From IMG/VR virus record IMGVR_UViG_3300001528_000621, positions 1 through 64,000 of that record: DNA of 64,000 bases. One strand, written 5' to 3'. The notes under the pieces are model-generated. The model worked only from the letters and a program-made list of their open reading frames with translations, did no database searches and was not told the DNA's origin. Position numbers and translations under genes: made by a program. The DNA comes from a virus (lineage: Duplodnaviria; Caudoviricetes). Shown piece by piece: positions 9,581 through 19,906 of the stretch; position 1 is the stretch's first letter, and every line of letters starts with the position of its first letter.

Positions 9581-10963
9581 ATGCCGAGTTTAGGGGAAAC
9601 AAAGAAAGGTTTGGATTCTATTAGCCCAACTTTATGTTTAGCAAAGTGGAATCAAGTTACGATACACCTGGGTACAGGACTAACACACTCTTGTCACCAT
9701 CCGTCACCTCATAAAATTTCTGAGGTAGAAGTAGCTCACGATCCTAGAGCATTGCATTGTACTATGCATAAGAAAAAGTGTTGGAGAGAGATGCTTGAAG
9801 GAAAGAGACCTAAGGAATGCGATTATTGTTGGAAGATAGAAGATAGTTCACCTCTTCATTCAGACAGAATTTTTAAATCTTCAGAACCTTGGGCATGGCC
9901 AACATTAGAGAAAGTAGGAAACTCTGATTGGCTAGAAAACTACAACCCAACCTATGTAGAAATTTCTTTCTCTAATAGGTGTAATAATAAGTGTCTGTAC
10001 TGTAGCCCGCCTTTTTCTTCAAGATGGCAAGCTGAAGCAAAGCAGTATGGTCCGATTTACTTTTCTGATGGTTCAAGTTTAGATGAACCTTTAGACGAAA
10101 AGATAGAGAAAAGATGCAATAACATTGCAGAGAATCCTCTTACACAAGCTTTCTGGAAATGGTGGCCTGAACTCTTTAAAAATCTACATACATTTAGAAT
10201 AACAGGAGGAGAACCACTGCTTACAGAGGAGTGCTTTACGCTATTAAGGTATATACAAGAGCATTGGGAAGATAACCCTAATTTAGCTCTAGGTATTAAT
10301 ACAAACCTTGGAATGTCTGATGAGAAATTTGAGGAATTCGTAGAAATATCTAAAGATCTCTTCAATAACGGAAAGGTTCGTGAATATGTACTCTTTACTT
10401 CTATTGAATCAGCAGAGAGACAAGCAGAGTATGTAAGGTACGGTCTAGATGCTCCTAAACTCTGGAGTAGAATTGATAGACTTTTAACAGAGCTTCCTAA
10501 ACTAACGCTTACAATCATGGCTACCTACAACATACTTTCTGTAAGTACTTTTGATGATATTGTTTTACGCTCTCTTGCAATGAAGACAAAGCATAGAAAC
10601 GATGTACGAGAATACGGTACTCCTCTAATGCTTGATACTTCATATATTAGGTGGCCAAGTATGCTCTCACCTAAACTTGCAACAGGAAAGTTGAGAGAGA
10701 AGATAAAAGCTAGTGGAGATCTGATAAAGTCTCTACAGCGTAAAAAATTCATAGACAAGTACGGAAATGAACATAGTTGGATGCCTGGATTCTGTGAAAC
10801 AGAGGTTGAAAAGGTAGAAAGAATATACGATTATGTTCAAAACGATAAAGAACCTTTCGACCATGCAGCTATGAAAGTAAAACTAATAGAGCTCTTGACA
10901 GAAGCAGACAGAAGAAGGGAGACAAATTATAAAGAGATCTTCCCAGAAATAGAAACACTATGA
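9581..10963 (+). CDS. Radical SAM protein with N-terminal twitch-like Cys cluster
   Basis: CNNKCLYC, TGGEPL, INTNL, TSIES; N-terminal CLAKW...SCHH...ECDYCW. Confidence 0.85.
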   Translation: MPSLGETKKGLDSISPTLCLAKWNQVTIHLGTGLTHSCHHPSPHKISEVEVAHDPRALHCTMHKKKCWREMLEGKRPKECDYCWKIEDSSPLHSDRIFKSSEPWAWPTLEKVGNSDWLENYNPTYVEISFSNRCNNKCLYCSPPFSSRWQAEAKQYGPIYFSDGSSLDEPLDEKIEKRCNNIAENPLTQAFWKWWPELFKNLHTFRITGGEPLLTEECFTLLRYIQEHWEDNPNLALGINTNLGMSDEKFEEFVEISKDLFNNGKVREYVLFTSIESAERQAEYVRYGLDAPKLWSRIDRLLTELPKLTLTIMATYNILSVSTFDDIVLRSLAMKTKHRNDVREYGTPLMLDTSYIRWPSMLSPKLATGKLREKIKASGDLIKSLQRKKFIDKYGNEHSWMPGFCETEVEKVERIYDYVQNDKEPFDHAAMKVKLIELLTEADRRRETNYKEIFPEIETL

Positions 10964-11892
10964 GAGCAGTTTGGATTTATAGAGACTATCACAAAGGTCC
11001 AGCTAGACTTAAAAACAAGGTGGACGGAAACTGTGAAATCTTTAATAGAAGAGAACTAGAAGTTATGAGTGGAGCTTTAGCTTCGTGGCAAGTTCTAGCT
11101 CCTGAAGTTGAGAGAGTTCTTTACCTCGATTTGAGTATATATAACTATCTTTCTAAGGTTGATATGCTTAAGAGGTACGATAAGGTCATTCTCGTAGATT
11201 TTAATGAAGTTCTTGATTCAAAGTACCCTAATAACTGTTTCTTTGCTTCACCTAAACTCTGGGCTCTGACTCAATGTAATGAACCGACAATTTTACTTGA
11301 TACGGAAACGGTTCTATTTCAACCGCTCAAAGATTGGATGAATCCGGAAAACTTTTATGCTTTTAGATATAGTGTAGAAAATCCAATTCATCCTAGTAAA
11401 TGGCACAAGAATGACATAGAAGGATATAACGTAGAGTTAGAGAAATTAGGAGAATTAGGTAGATTCGTAAACTATCAAGATATGATAGAAGCTGGAATTA
11501 CCTATTGGCCTGATCCAAAAGCTGCTAGATGGGTAGGAAATAAAGCTCTTGAAGTGTGCGAAAAGGTTTGTAGTACAAACTACCTAGCTTTTGACTATAA
11601 ATGGACGATGTGTGAAGAGAGTAATCTTATACCTATTCTTCGAGACTATGTTTCAAACAATTACGAAGAAGGTAGAGCTCCTGAAATTTGCGTTTTACCG
11701 TCACAGCTGGATGTTCAATGTCCGGTAGCGGTTGAGATTAGTGGTCCGGGATGGTCAAGAGAAGTTTATAGTGGATTTGCAGGATGGATGCACACACTAT
11801 GTCCGGAGGTTTTGAAAAAGATACAAGAAATAGATCCTTACTACACCGACTGGGACACTCAAGCTTCTGTAGGATATCAAAATATTGTATGA
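10960..11892 (+). CDS. Putative GT-A fold transferase (paralog of 3046..3897)
   Basis: RVLY...FFASPKL...EPTILLDTE. Confidence 0.45.
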   Translation: MRAVWIYRDYHKGPARLKNKVDGNCEIFNRRELEVMSGALASWQVLAPEVERVLYLDLSIYNYLSKVDMLKRYDKVILVDFNEVLDSKYPNNCFFASPKLWALTQCNEPTILLDTETVLFQPLKDWMNPENFYAFRYSVENPIHPSKWHKNDIEGYNVELEKLGELGRFVNYQDMIEAGITYWPDPKAARWVGNKALEVCEKVCSTNYLAFDYKWTMCEESNLIPILRDYVSNNYEEGRAPEICVLPSQLDVQCPVAVEISGPGWSREVYSGFAGWMHTLCPEVLKKIQEIDPYYTDWDTQASVGYQNIV

Positions 11893-12941
11893 GAATAGCT
11901 ATATGCTTTTTTGGACAGCCTAGAACATTTGAGTTCTGTTACAGATTAAATGGAGAGTACTATGAAGAACTGCAAAAAGATAACAGCGTAGATTTCTTTA
12001 TTCATACTTGGAAGAATAATACCGGAGGTCTTGGGTCAGAAATAAACCAAGGCCTCGGGTTTAATACTCTACATGAGAAGCTAAGTACACTCTATGTTCC
12101 AAAAAAATTAGTGATAGAAGATGCTGAGTATGTAAAGTACGCTGTTTTTCCTAAAAGCACTGTCGATACATCCGATAGGTTCTTTTGTATGCAGTATTCT
12201 ATGGGTAAAACTTTACAGCTTTGTAGAAAATATGAAAAACAAGAGAATTTTAGGTATGATCAAGTAGTGTTACTTCGTATGGATCAGTGGTTTCCTAAAG
12301 GTTTCATATTAAACTCTGATCCGGAAAACATAGCAGGAAAGAGAGAAATCATATCTATTCAAGATATTCCTTTTCCGGAAAACTACAATACAGTTGACGG
12401 ACGAAACGTATTTTGCACCAGGGATGAAGGATTTCAATTTAACTCAGAGACTGCAGAAATTTTTTCTCATCTATGTTCTTGGCTTCTTACAAAATACAAC
12501 TATGGATTTTATGTAGGGGCTCCGATGCATTTTAATGAATTGTGGGCTCCAGAAGCTTCTATTTCTAGGTTTGTTCTAGACCAGAAACTGCATTTTAATC
12601 CAGCTAAAGGTATTGTACACGGAAGACTAATAGTAAGGCAGCCGCTAGAGACTTTACTCAGTCCAAAGAATCAATTTCACCTACAACTTCTTTACGAGAT
12701 TCGAGAGTGGGTAGATTACGTTACGAAAGAAGAGAAAGCATACACTTCCTACGTAAAAGGAAGACTAGCTGGAAGAAGTGCTAAAGATTGTCTAGAGGAA
12801 TTACAGAGATGGTATGATTTAGATTTTCTATCTACGTTTGTAGACTACTTAAAGTTTGGCGACGTAATTTCAGAAGAAATAGAACGAGGGTTGTTACAGG
12901 AAATAAGGAGAGGACATGAAAATAGCGCTGTGCTTATATAA
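11889..12941 (+). CDS. Putative glycosyltransferase, IAxCxxGQPR family, copy 1 (start corrected to ATG 11889)
   Basis: MRIAICFFGQPR, VDFFIHTW, YDQVVLLRMD; ATGA overlap with upstream stop. Confidence 0.55.
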   Translation: MRIAICFFGQPRTFEFCYRLNGEYYEELQKDNSVDFFIHTWKNNTGGLGSEINQGLGFNTLHEKLSTLYVPKKLVIEDAEYVKYAVFPKSTVDTSDRFFCMQYSMGKTLQLCRKYEKQENFRYDQVVLLRMDQWFPKGFILNSDPENIAGKREIISIQDIPFPENYNTVDGRNVFCTRDEGFQFNSETAEIFSHLCSWLLTKYNYGFYVGAPMHFNELWAPEASISRFVLDQKLHFNPAKGIVHGRLIVRQPLETLLSPKNQFHLQLLYEIREWVDYVTKEEKAYTSYVKGRLAGRSAKDCLEELQRWYDLDFLSTFVDYLKFGDVISEEIERGLLQEIRRGHENSAVLI

Positions 12942-13422
12942 TCTGAAATTAGATCAGAGTCTACAAGACGTAGAAGAACTCTTTAGAGTAAAAGATTTGT
13001 ACTGCGGAATTGTAGATTCTGATAGCTTAGAGGATACTTTACTGTCTATAGAAGCTTGTACTCAATTGTGTAGAGGTTCCAGGAAATACTACAATAGAGT
13101 AGTATTTTTAGACATGAAGAGATATTGTTCAAACACCGTTAAGCTTACTGATAACTTTTTTTCAAAAGACATTAAGGTTTTTCCTACAGACTTTGTAAGC
13201 GATGGAAACGGATTAAGCTTGACAGAAGAAGGACTTTATATGCTTAATACAGAGTGTTTTTGTGCAGGCTATGTAGCGTTACAGTATTTAGCAAACATTG
13301 AAGGACATTACAGGTTTAATGTAGGGTACGGTAGTGACTATGTTTCTTTAGATACAATACTACCGGTATTTATTTCTAGTAACGCTTTAAGTCTTAGTGC
13401 TATACCGTTTTTTGAGAAATGA
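12916..13422 (+). CDS. Short/degenerate member of the same family
   Basis: MKIALCLY and YNRVVFLD; lacks GQPR, only 168 aa. Confidence 0.4.
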   Translation: MKIALCLYNLKLDQSLQDVEELFRVKDLYCGIVDSDSLEDTLLSIEACTQLCRGSRKYYNRVVFLDMKRYCSNTVKLTDNFFSKDIKVFPTDFVSDGNGLSLTEEGLYMLNTECFCAGYVALQYLANIEGHYRFNVGYGSDYVSLDTILPVFISSNALSLSAIPFFEK

Positions 13423-14462
13423 GAATTGCTGTTTGTTTGTCAGGTCAACCTAGAGCTTTTAGAGCAGCTGCTAAAAACATATTAAAGACGTTTAGGAAAG
13501 AAGAAAATGTCCAGGTGGATTACTACATCTTTTCTTGGACAGATAATATAACACCGTACAGTCTCGAAAACATAAAACTGCAGGAAGATATAGTAGAGTT
13601 AGAGAGAGATCTTACAGAACTCTATCATCCTAAAAAACTTGAGATTAGGAGTGAGAAGGAAATAGATAAAGCTTTTGCATTCTTACCAGTGATACAGGAT
13701 GATTTTTATCAAATATATCATTTTGCTAGAGTACTATCGCTGGTTCCGAAAGACGAGGAGTATGATTGGTGTTTTTGGACAAGAATAGATAATTTTATGT
13801 TCAATTCGACCATAGACACCTATGAAGATTGGAAAGCTCCCAGACTAAACTACAAAACTATTCAGGTCTACAGCCAAGACAGTAGAAGTAATGATTTAAT
13901 ATACATGCCTATAAACGGAGATCGAGAAACACCGGTACACTACGCTAGCTGGGCTAGGTTTCAGCCTACCGCTATAGATCTCCTTTATGCAGGAAGGGTT
14001 GATGTTTTGAGAAATCTTTCTCTTAAGACATTTGTTACATATTTACGTGATATAGCTTTACTTAAACATGGAGATAAAAATTTTCTAGAGTGGTGGGTAC
14101 CCTATATTTGTACAATCTCTGGTATCGGAATTAGAAGCGTACCCTTTCTAGAAAACAATGAAGAGTTACAGTGTGGGGTATATAGGCAGGTTTTTGAAGA
14201 AGCTAATGTAAGTTTATATACAGCTCTAGGTTTCAAATTTTCGGATTTTGATAATTATTATAGACTCTATATGTTTGATATTACTTCTGAATATGTTCAG
14301 AAACTCTATGAACTATACCAAGCAGGTTATATTTTACCTCCTTTTACCACATCGGACAGTGCTGAAGCAGCGTCTTGGAGTAGAGCTAAAATAGAAGAAT
14401 ATATCAACAATCCAACTGAAAAGAGGAAGGTAAAAATACCGAAAAAACAAGATATACTATGA
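13419..14462 (+). CDS. Putative glycosyltransferase, IAxCxxGQPR family
   Basis: MRIAVCLSGQPR, VDYYIFSW, YDWCFWTRID. Confidence 0.55.
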   Translation: MRIAVCLSGQPRAFRAAAKNILKTFRKEENVQVDYYIFSWTDNITPYSLENIKLQEDIVELERDLTELYHPKKLEIRSEKEIDKAFAFLPVIQDDFYQIYHFARVLSLVPKDEEYDWCFWTRIDNFMFNSTIDTYEDWKAPRLNYKTIQVYSQDSRSNDLIYMPINGDRETPVHYASWARFQPTAIDLLYAGRVDVLRNLSLKTFVTYLRDIALLKHGDKNFLEWWVPYICTISGIGIRSVPFLENNEELQCGVYRQVFEEANVSLYTALGFKFSDFDNYYRLYMFDITSEYVQKLYELYQAGYILPPFTTSDSAEAASWSRAKIEEYINNPTEKRKVKIPKKQDIL

Positions 14463-15472
14463 AAATAGCAGTGTGCCTATCAGGTCAACCTAGAGCTTAT
14501 AAAGCTGCAGCTCGAAGCATTCTAGAAACCTTTAGAAATACAAAAGATATTCAAGTGGACTTTTATATTTTCGCTTGGACAAATAATACCTCCTATACAA
14601 CCCCTAATTGTGATGACGTTCTTCACGACATGGAAGGATTGAAGAGAGACTTAATCTCAATGTATCATCCTAAAGGAATAAGGGTAGAGGACGAAGAGGA
14701 AGTAGCGAAGATTTGTGGAGTTATTCACCCCAAAGTTACTGCAAACGCATATAACTTCTTCCAGAACTACCATATGATATCTTCAATTAGTATAGCTTTG
14801 GAGACAGGAGGGTATGATTATTATATTTGGACCAGGATAGACATGCTTTTTTATAATTTCTCGGGAGAGAGATACAATGCTCCGAACATTAACGTAGGAA
14901 CGTTACGTAGATTGTATGAACAGCCTTGTCATGTGCTCTATAATGTTGGTGAAAAATTAAGACTTCCTGCATGGTCAACGTATTTACCTAATTTTTTGGA
15001 TTTTCTATACTTCGGTAGGGAATATACATTTAGGTTAATGAGAGAGACCTTGATGAACACGTTCTTCAAACTTCTGACATATGAAGATAGGTTTACAGAA
15101 GAAGACAGAAATATTCGACAGAGTAGGTTTGCTTGTCCATATCTAGAGAACGACATTCCTTTATGGGCTTTTGAACATCAAATTGGACTGTATACTGTTC
15201 CTGATTTATTTGAAGAGAACAGTCACATGAAAGTCTTAAAGCAGTGTTATGTAGACGCTGGAATAGACTATTACGACAGGAAGGATTTTCTTTTTGCAGA
15301 AAGCTATCCTTGCTTATATCTCTACAAAAACATAACAACGGACATTATTAAAAAATTACGAATTCTGTATGGAGAAGGTAAGATTTTACCTTTCTTCCAA
15401 AAGACAAGATGGGAAGAAACACACCCGATAACAGCAATAGAAATGCGAAAAGCTTTAGTAGAGTATGAGTAA
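14459..15472 (+). CDS. Putative glycosyltransferase, IAxCxxGQPR family
   Basis: MKIAVCLSGQPR, VDFYIFAW, YDYYIWTRID. Confidence 0.55.
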   Translation: MKIAVCLSGQPRAYKAAARSILETFRNTKDIQVDFYIFAWTNNTSYTTPNCDDVLHDMEGLKRDLISMYHPKGIRVEDEEEVAKICGVIHPKVTANAYNFFQNYHMISSISIALETGGYDYYIWTRIDMLFYNFSGERYNAPNINVGTLRRLYEQPCHVLYNVGEKLRLPAWSTYLPNFLDFLYFGREYTFRLMRETLMNTFFKLLTYEDRFTEEDRNIRQSRFACPYLENDIPLWAFEHQIGLYTVPDLFEENSHMKVLKQCYVDAGIDYYDRKDFLFAESYPCLYLYKNITTDIIKKLRILYGEGKILPFFQKTRWEETHPITAIEMRKALVEYE

Positions 15473-16430
15473 AGTAGCAGTTTGCTTTTTTGGACAGCCT
15501 AGATCCTTAGATTTTTGTTCAGGAATACTAAAGACTGTTTTTGAAAGAGGAGGAAAAAACGAGGTGGACTACTTTATTCATTCCTGGAATGAGTGTAGCT
15601 ATGGAACGGGTTGGGGAGATGTAGATGAAAAATTTAAGATAGAAGAGGTAACAGAAAAACTAAAGCTTCTTTACAACCCTAAAAATATTCTTGTTGAGAA
15701 TCCACATACTCAAGGGGAATTCGAAGAGGAAGATTACATGTACAGTGTGCTTTCTGTATACTACTCTTTATGTAAAAGTATAACAATGAAGAGAAAATAT
15801 GAGAAAGAACACAAGTTTAGGTACGATTTTGTTATAGTTAGCCGGTTAGACCTGGGTGTGTATCCTTGTGAAAATTTAGAGGAATTTTGGGACCAGTACG
15901 ACTGGGATGATCCAGAGTTTCTCTTTCCATACGAAATAAAGACAACAGGAGGGCCAAACCCAATATACGCTACAGACTGTCCAGAGCACGGTACTCATAC
16001 TCAGATAGATTTGATTTATCTTTGTAGGTCTAAATGTGCAGACCTATTGGCCGGAATCTACAGATGGGCTCATGCTACTGGATCTTCTTGGGATTTTTCA
16101 CCCTCCTATAGAGATTCTTCTGGGTTCAGAGCTCTATACAACTTTAGGACTATGGGTCCAGACATAGTTTTATATAAGTTCCTAGCTAAAGAAGGTCTCT
16201 TTACGGGTTTGCAGTATATTGGAAACTTCTTTCCTGTGAGAACTGCTGTAGATGAGTACGACTTAGATCCGACTGATTATAAAACAAGAAAAGCTGTATG
16301 TAAATATTACAACGGATTTAAACCATATGAAGGAAGAGCTTGGGATGTACAGAATTTAGGCAAAGTTTTAGTAGAGAACGGAATTATTGAGGAAAAAGAT
16401 ATTCCAAAACCAAAGAACATCGTAGTATGA
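15465..16430 (+). CDS. Putative glycosyltransferase, IAxCxxGQPR family
   Basis: KVAVCFFGQPR, VDYFIHSW, YDFVIVSRLD. Confidence 0.55.
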   Translation: MSKVAVCFFGQPRSLDFCSGILKTVFERGGKNEVDYFIHSWNECSYGTGWGDVDEKFKIEEVTEKLKLLYNPKNILVENPHTQGEFEEEDYMYSVLSVYYSLCKSITMKRKYEKEHKFRYDFVIVSRLDLGVYPCENLEEFWDQYDWDDPEFLFPYEIKTTGGPNPIYATDCPEHGTHTQIDLIYLCRSKCADLLAGIYRWAHATGSSWDFSPSYRDSSGFRALYNFRTMGPDIVLYKFLAKEGLFTGLQYIGNFFPVRTAVDEYDLDPTDYKTRKAVCKYYNGFKPYEGRAWDVQNLGKVLVENGIIEEKDIPKPKNIVV

Positions 16431-17344
16431 AAGTAGCAGTGTGTCTGTTCGGACAACCTAGAGCTTGGAAGATAGCTTCTCAGACATTAAAGGAAATATA
16501 CAAAGAGGAAGAGGTAGATTTCTATGTTCATACTTGGACTGAAGATGATAATCTCTATTTTGACAGGTTCAATGTCACCCATAGTAGAGAGAAACTAGAA
16601 AGAGAAATAATTGAAGTATATCATCCTAAAGATCTCATAATAAATGACCGTAGTCGTGTAATGGAGCAAGAATGTAGAGATTTACCAGAGTTTGATGGTA
16701 AAACCTACACAAGAGGTCTCTGTCAAATGTACTCTATGTCTAAATCTATAGAAATGTGTATAGATTCAGAGATAGGGTATAACCTTGTAGTAGCGTGTAG
16801 GCTTGACACGTACATGTCACCGGGAGGAAAGCTAAAGATACCAGAAAGCCCTTTCAAAGACTGTAATAGAGTTCTTTGGATACCTAACTGTCATGAACCC
16901 TACTTTTCTATTGGAGGAGAAACTCAGATATCAGATATACTCTATATTATGACTTTACCTGCAGCTAAGATTATATCTGAAGAATTCTTTAATTTTGCTA
17001 AGTTAAGGTATAAGTATCTCGTAGAAAAGGATAAGACCATACCTCTTGAGGCCCCGTATCCGGATCATCTTTGTCCCTATGTTTTTCTTGAAGGAACGTT
17101 AATGCCTTTTTTAAGTTTTGTATGTATTCTACCTGTTTGCGGTGGAAATTTAGGGATGTATGAAGGTTACATCCGAATACTTTATCCGAACTGTACAGGT
17201 CTTGCAGATTATCTTTATTCTACAGATTTAAATAAGGTAAATAAAGTGGTTCACTATTTAGATACGTACCTTACTTTTGAAAATAAAGGTATATCTTCTG
17301 AAGAACTTAAACAAAAATTTCTACAATATGATAATAGCTGTTGA
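16427..17344 (+). CDS. Putative glycosyltransferase, IAxCxxGQPR family
   Basis: MKVAVCLFGQPR, VDFYVHTW, YNLVVACRLD. Confidence 0.55.
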   Translation: MKVAVCLFGQPRAWKIASQTLKEIYKEEEVDFYVHTWTEDDNLYFDRFNVTHSREKLEREIIEVYHPKDLIINDRSRVMEQECRDLPEFDGKTYTRGLCQMYSMSKSIEMCIDSEIGYNLVVACRLDTYMSPGGKLKIPESPFKDCNRVLWIPNCHEPYFSIGGETQISDILYIMTLPAAKIISEEFFNFAKLRYKYLVEKDKTIPLEAPYPDHLCPYVFLEGTLMPFLSFVCILPVCGGNLGMYEGYIRILYPNCTGLADYLYSTDLNKVNKVVHYLDTYLTFENKGISSEELKQKFLQYDNSC

Positions 17345-17690
17345 TATAGACGATACCTTGTGTACAAGACCGAAAGAAGCTGAACATTTAGGCTCTCCTA
17401 CAAAATATGAATATTGTGTGCCTATTCCGGATATGATTGAGAAAGTTAATGTTCTCTATGACCGAGGAAACACCATTATCTTGTATACTTCTAGAGGAAT
17501 GTCAAGTATAGGAACAAACGTAGAAGATATAGATAAAAAGTTACGGAAGGTTACAGAGCGAAAACTAAATGAATGGGGAGTAAAATATCATAAGCTTATA
17601 TTTGGAAAGATTCATTTTGATTATCTAATAGACGATAAAGCTTTTAGTGTTTCAGAGTTTATTGATAAATTTAATCATGATGAAATCTAA
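17328..17690 (+). CDS. HAD-superfamily phosphatase (capsule-biosynthesis type); start corrected to ATG 17328
   Basis: AVDIDDTL motif I, YTSRG motif II, FGK, IDDK motif IV. Confidence 0.8.
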   Translation: MIIAVDIDDTLCTRPKEAEHLGSPTKYEYCVPIPDMIEKVNVLYDRGNTIILYTSRGMSSIGTNVEDIDKKLRKVTERKLNEWGVKYHKLIFGKIHFDYLIDDKAFSVSEFIDKFNHDEI

Positions 17691-19257
17691 AGTTTTTATA
17701 TCTACTGTAGGAACAGGATCAAGACTAGGTGGTTTGACTCGATACATTAATAAGTCTCTACTTAGCGTAGGGACTAAACCTGTATTAACTCACATTCTAG
17801 AAAAGTTTCCGAAAGATTCGGAATTTATCATAGCTACCGGATATAAAGCTGAGCTCGTAGAAGAGTATCTTTCTCTTGCTCATTCAGATTTGAACATTAA
17901 AACTATTAGGGTAGAAAACTACGAAGGTGAAGGATCAGGACTAGGGCATACCTTTAGTTGCGTTGAAGATGAACTACAATGTCCATTTTACTTTTGCAGC
18001 TGTGATACCTTGTGCTCCTGCGGGACCCTTGCGGATATTGATACAGATTGGATTGTATTAAAGTATAGTCCTTCTGATGATCCAAGATACCGTACAGTCC
18101 GACTCCTTAATGAGGTTAGGATGGCAGGAGAAGGTATAGAGAAGATACAGGAAAAGGGTGAATATGGACATTCTTACGTAGGTCTCTGTCACGTTCAAGA
18201 CTATGAGAGGTTTTGGGAAGGAATGCATGCTGCATCTTCACCTGAACTAGGAGAGGTTGAAGGTTTACGTAATCTTGACTTGTCAAAGATGAAATATGCC
18301 TTTGCTAATCAATGGGACGATACAGGGTGTCTTGAAGGCCTAGAAGCAGCTAGGGTAAGATACAGGAAAGAGAGTGATCCAAACATACTACCTAAAGAGG
18401 ATGAAGCTATTTGGATACTTGACGATAAGGTTATAAAGTTCTTTAACAATCCGACTCTTATAGAGCAAAGAGTACAAAGAGCAGAACAGTTGAAAGGGTT
18501 TGTTCCGGAAATTATAGGGGTACGAAAACATATGTATTCTTATAGAAAAGCAGAAGGAACAGTTTTATCGGATTGTATTAATGTTCCGATTTTCAATAAG
18601 CTTCTAAACACTCTGCCGGACTTCTGGAAATTACCGGAAAATATAAAATTATCAGCAAAAGATTTTCACATAGATTGTGGAGAATTTTACAAAACCAAGA
18701 CTTATGAAAGAGTACAGAAGTTCTACAAGAGATTTAGTAAAGCAGATAAAGAATACACAATAAACGGTAAGGAATATCCTAAACTTCAGGAAATTCTCGA
18801 CAGTGTAAACTGGAGCAGCGTCTGTAGAGGAGTGCCGGTTAGGTTTCACGGAGATCTTCATAACGAAAATATATTGTACTCTGAAGATAAAGGTTTTACT
18901 TTTCTCGATTGGAGGCAGAGTTTTGGTAAATCTTTAGAGATAGGAGATGTTTATTATGATCTTGCAAAGCTTTATCATGGACTAATCGTAAATCACGGTT
19001 TGATTCACGATGGTCACTTTAGTGTTTATTGGCAAGGTAACAACATTACTTACGATTTTTACAGGAGACATGTTCTCGTAGAGTGTGAACAAGCTCTTTT
19101 TAGGTGGATAGAAAAAAGCTGTTATGATGGGAATAAAGTAAAGCTTATGACAGCTTTGATCTTCTTAAATATCTGCGGTTTACATGAATCTCCGTACAGT
19201 TTCATGCTATATGCTTTAGGTACAGAAATGCTTTATAGTTCAACGTATGAAAAATAA
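17677..19257 (+). CDS. Nucleotidyltransferase fused to APH/choline-kinase-like phosphotransferase
   Basis: N-terminal GTGSRLGGLT...NKSLL, WDDTG; C-terminal HGDLHNENIL, FLDWR, YDLAKL. Confidence 0.8.
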   Translation: MMKSKVFISTVGTGSRLGGLTRYINKSLLSVGTKPVLTHILEKFPKDSEFIIATGYKAELVEEYLSLAHSDLNIKTIRVENYEGEGSGLGHTFSCVEDELQCPFYFCSCDTLCSCGTLADIDTDWIVLKYSPSDDPRYRTVRLLNEVRMAGEGIEKIQEKGEYGHSYVGLCHVQDYERFWEGMHAASSPELGEVEGLRNLDLSKMKYAFANQWDDTGCLEGLEAARVRYRKESDPNILPKEDEAIWILDDKVIKFFNNPTLIEQRVQRAEQLKGFVPEIIGVRKHMYSYRKAEGTVLSDCINVPIFNKLLNTLPDFWKLPENIKLSAKDFHIDCGEFYKTKTYERVQKFYKRFSKADKEYTINGKEYPKLQEILDSVNWSSVCRGVPVRFHGDLHNENILYSEDKGFTFLDWRQSFGKSLEIGDVYYDLAKLYHGLIVNHGLIHDGHFSVYWQGNNITYDFYRRHVLVECEQALFRWIEKSCYDGNKVKLMTALIFLNICGLHESPYSFMLYALGTEMLYSSTYEK

Positions 19258-19906
19258 ACTATCACCGTCATTGATCTGCTTAGATCCGCTAAATCTTCGA
19301 GAGGAAATCAAGCAACTCGAAGAAGGAGGAGCAGACATGCTGCATGTAGATTTTTTAGATGGACATTTTAGTCCATCCATGCCACTGGGCTTCGATCTTG
19401 CACGTAGGGTAAGGGAAATAACAAAGCTTCCATTCGATGTACATGTAATGGTTTCGGACGGATTTAAGTGTTTTGATGATATAGCTAAACTAAAGCCATA
19501 TCAAATTACATTTCAGATAGAAACACTAACTCATCCATACGAAACATTGCAAAGATTTAAAGATCTTGGATGTAGGGTAGGAGTAGCGGTTCAACCAGCA
19601 ACGTCACTCACAACTCTTGACTGGATTCTTGATATTTGCGATGTAGTCTTATTTATGGCTATTGAACCGGGATTTGCTTCACACAATGTTCAGTTTATTC
19701 CGAGTACTTATGAGAAAATCTTAACATTCTACGGTCAGATGGATTTACAAGACAGAGAGTGTGAAATAGAGCTTGATGGACGAGTGTCTCTAGACGTAAT
19801 GAGAAATCTTAAGGACAAAGTTACAGCGTTTGTGTGCGGAAGTAGCTGTTTGAATAGGAAAGACTTAAAAGGATCAATAGAATATGTACGAAACATTCTC
19901 GAGTAG
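19247..19906 (+). CDS. rpe: Ribulose-phosphate 3-epimerase family protein
   Basis: LSPSL, LHVDFLDGHFSP, FDVHVMV, MAIEPGF, IELDG. Confidence 0.85.
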   Translation: MKNKLSPSLICLDPLNLREEIKQLEEGGADMLHVDFLDGHFSPSMPLGFDLARRVREITKLPFDVHVMVSDGFKCFDDIAKLKPYQITFQIETLTHPYETLQRFKDLGCRVGVAVQPATSLTTLDWILDICDVVLFMAIEPGFASHNVQFIPSTYEKILTFYGQMDLQDRECEIELDGRVSLDVMRNLKDKVTAFVCGSSCLNRKDLKGSIEYVRNILE

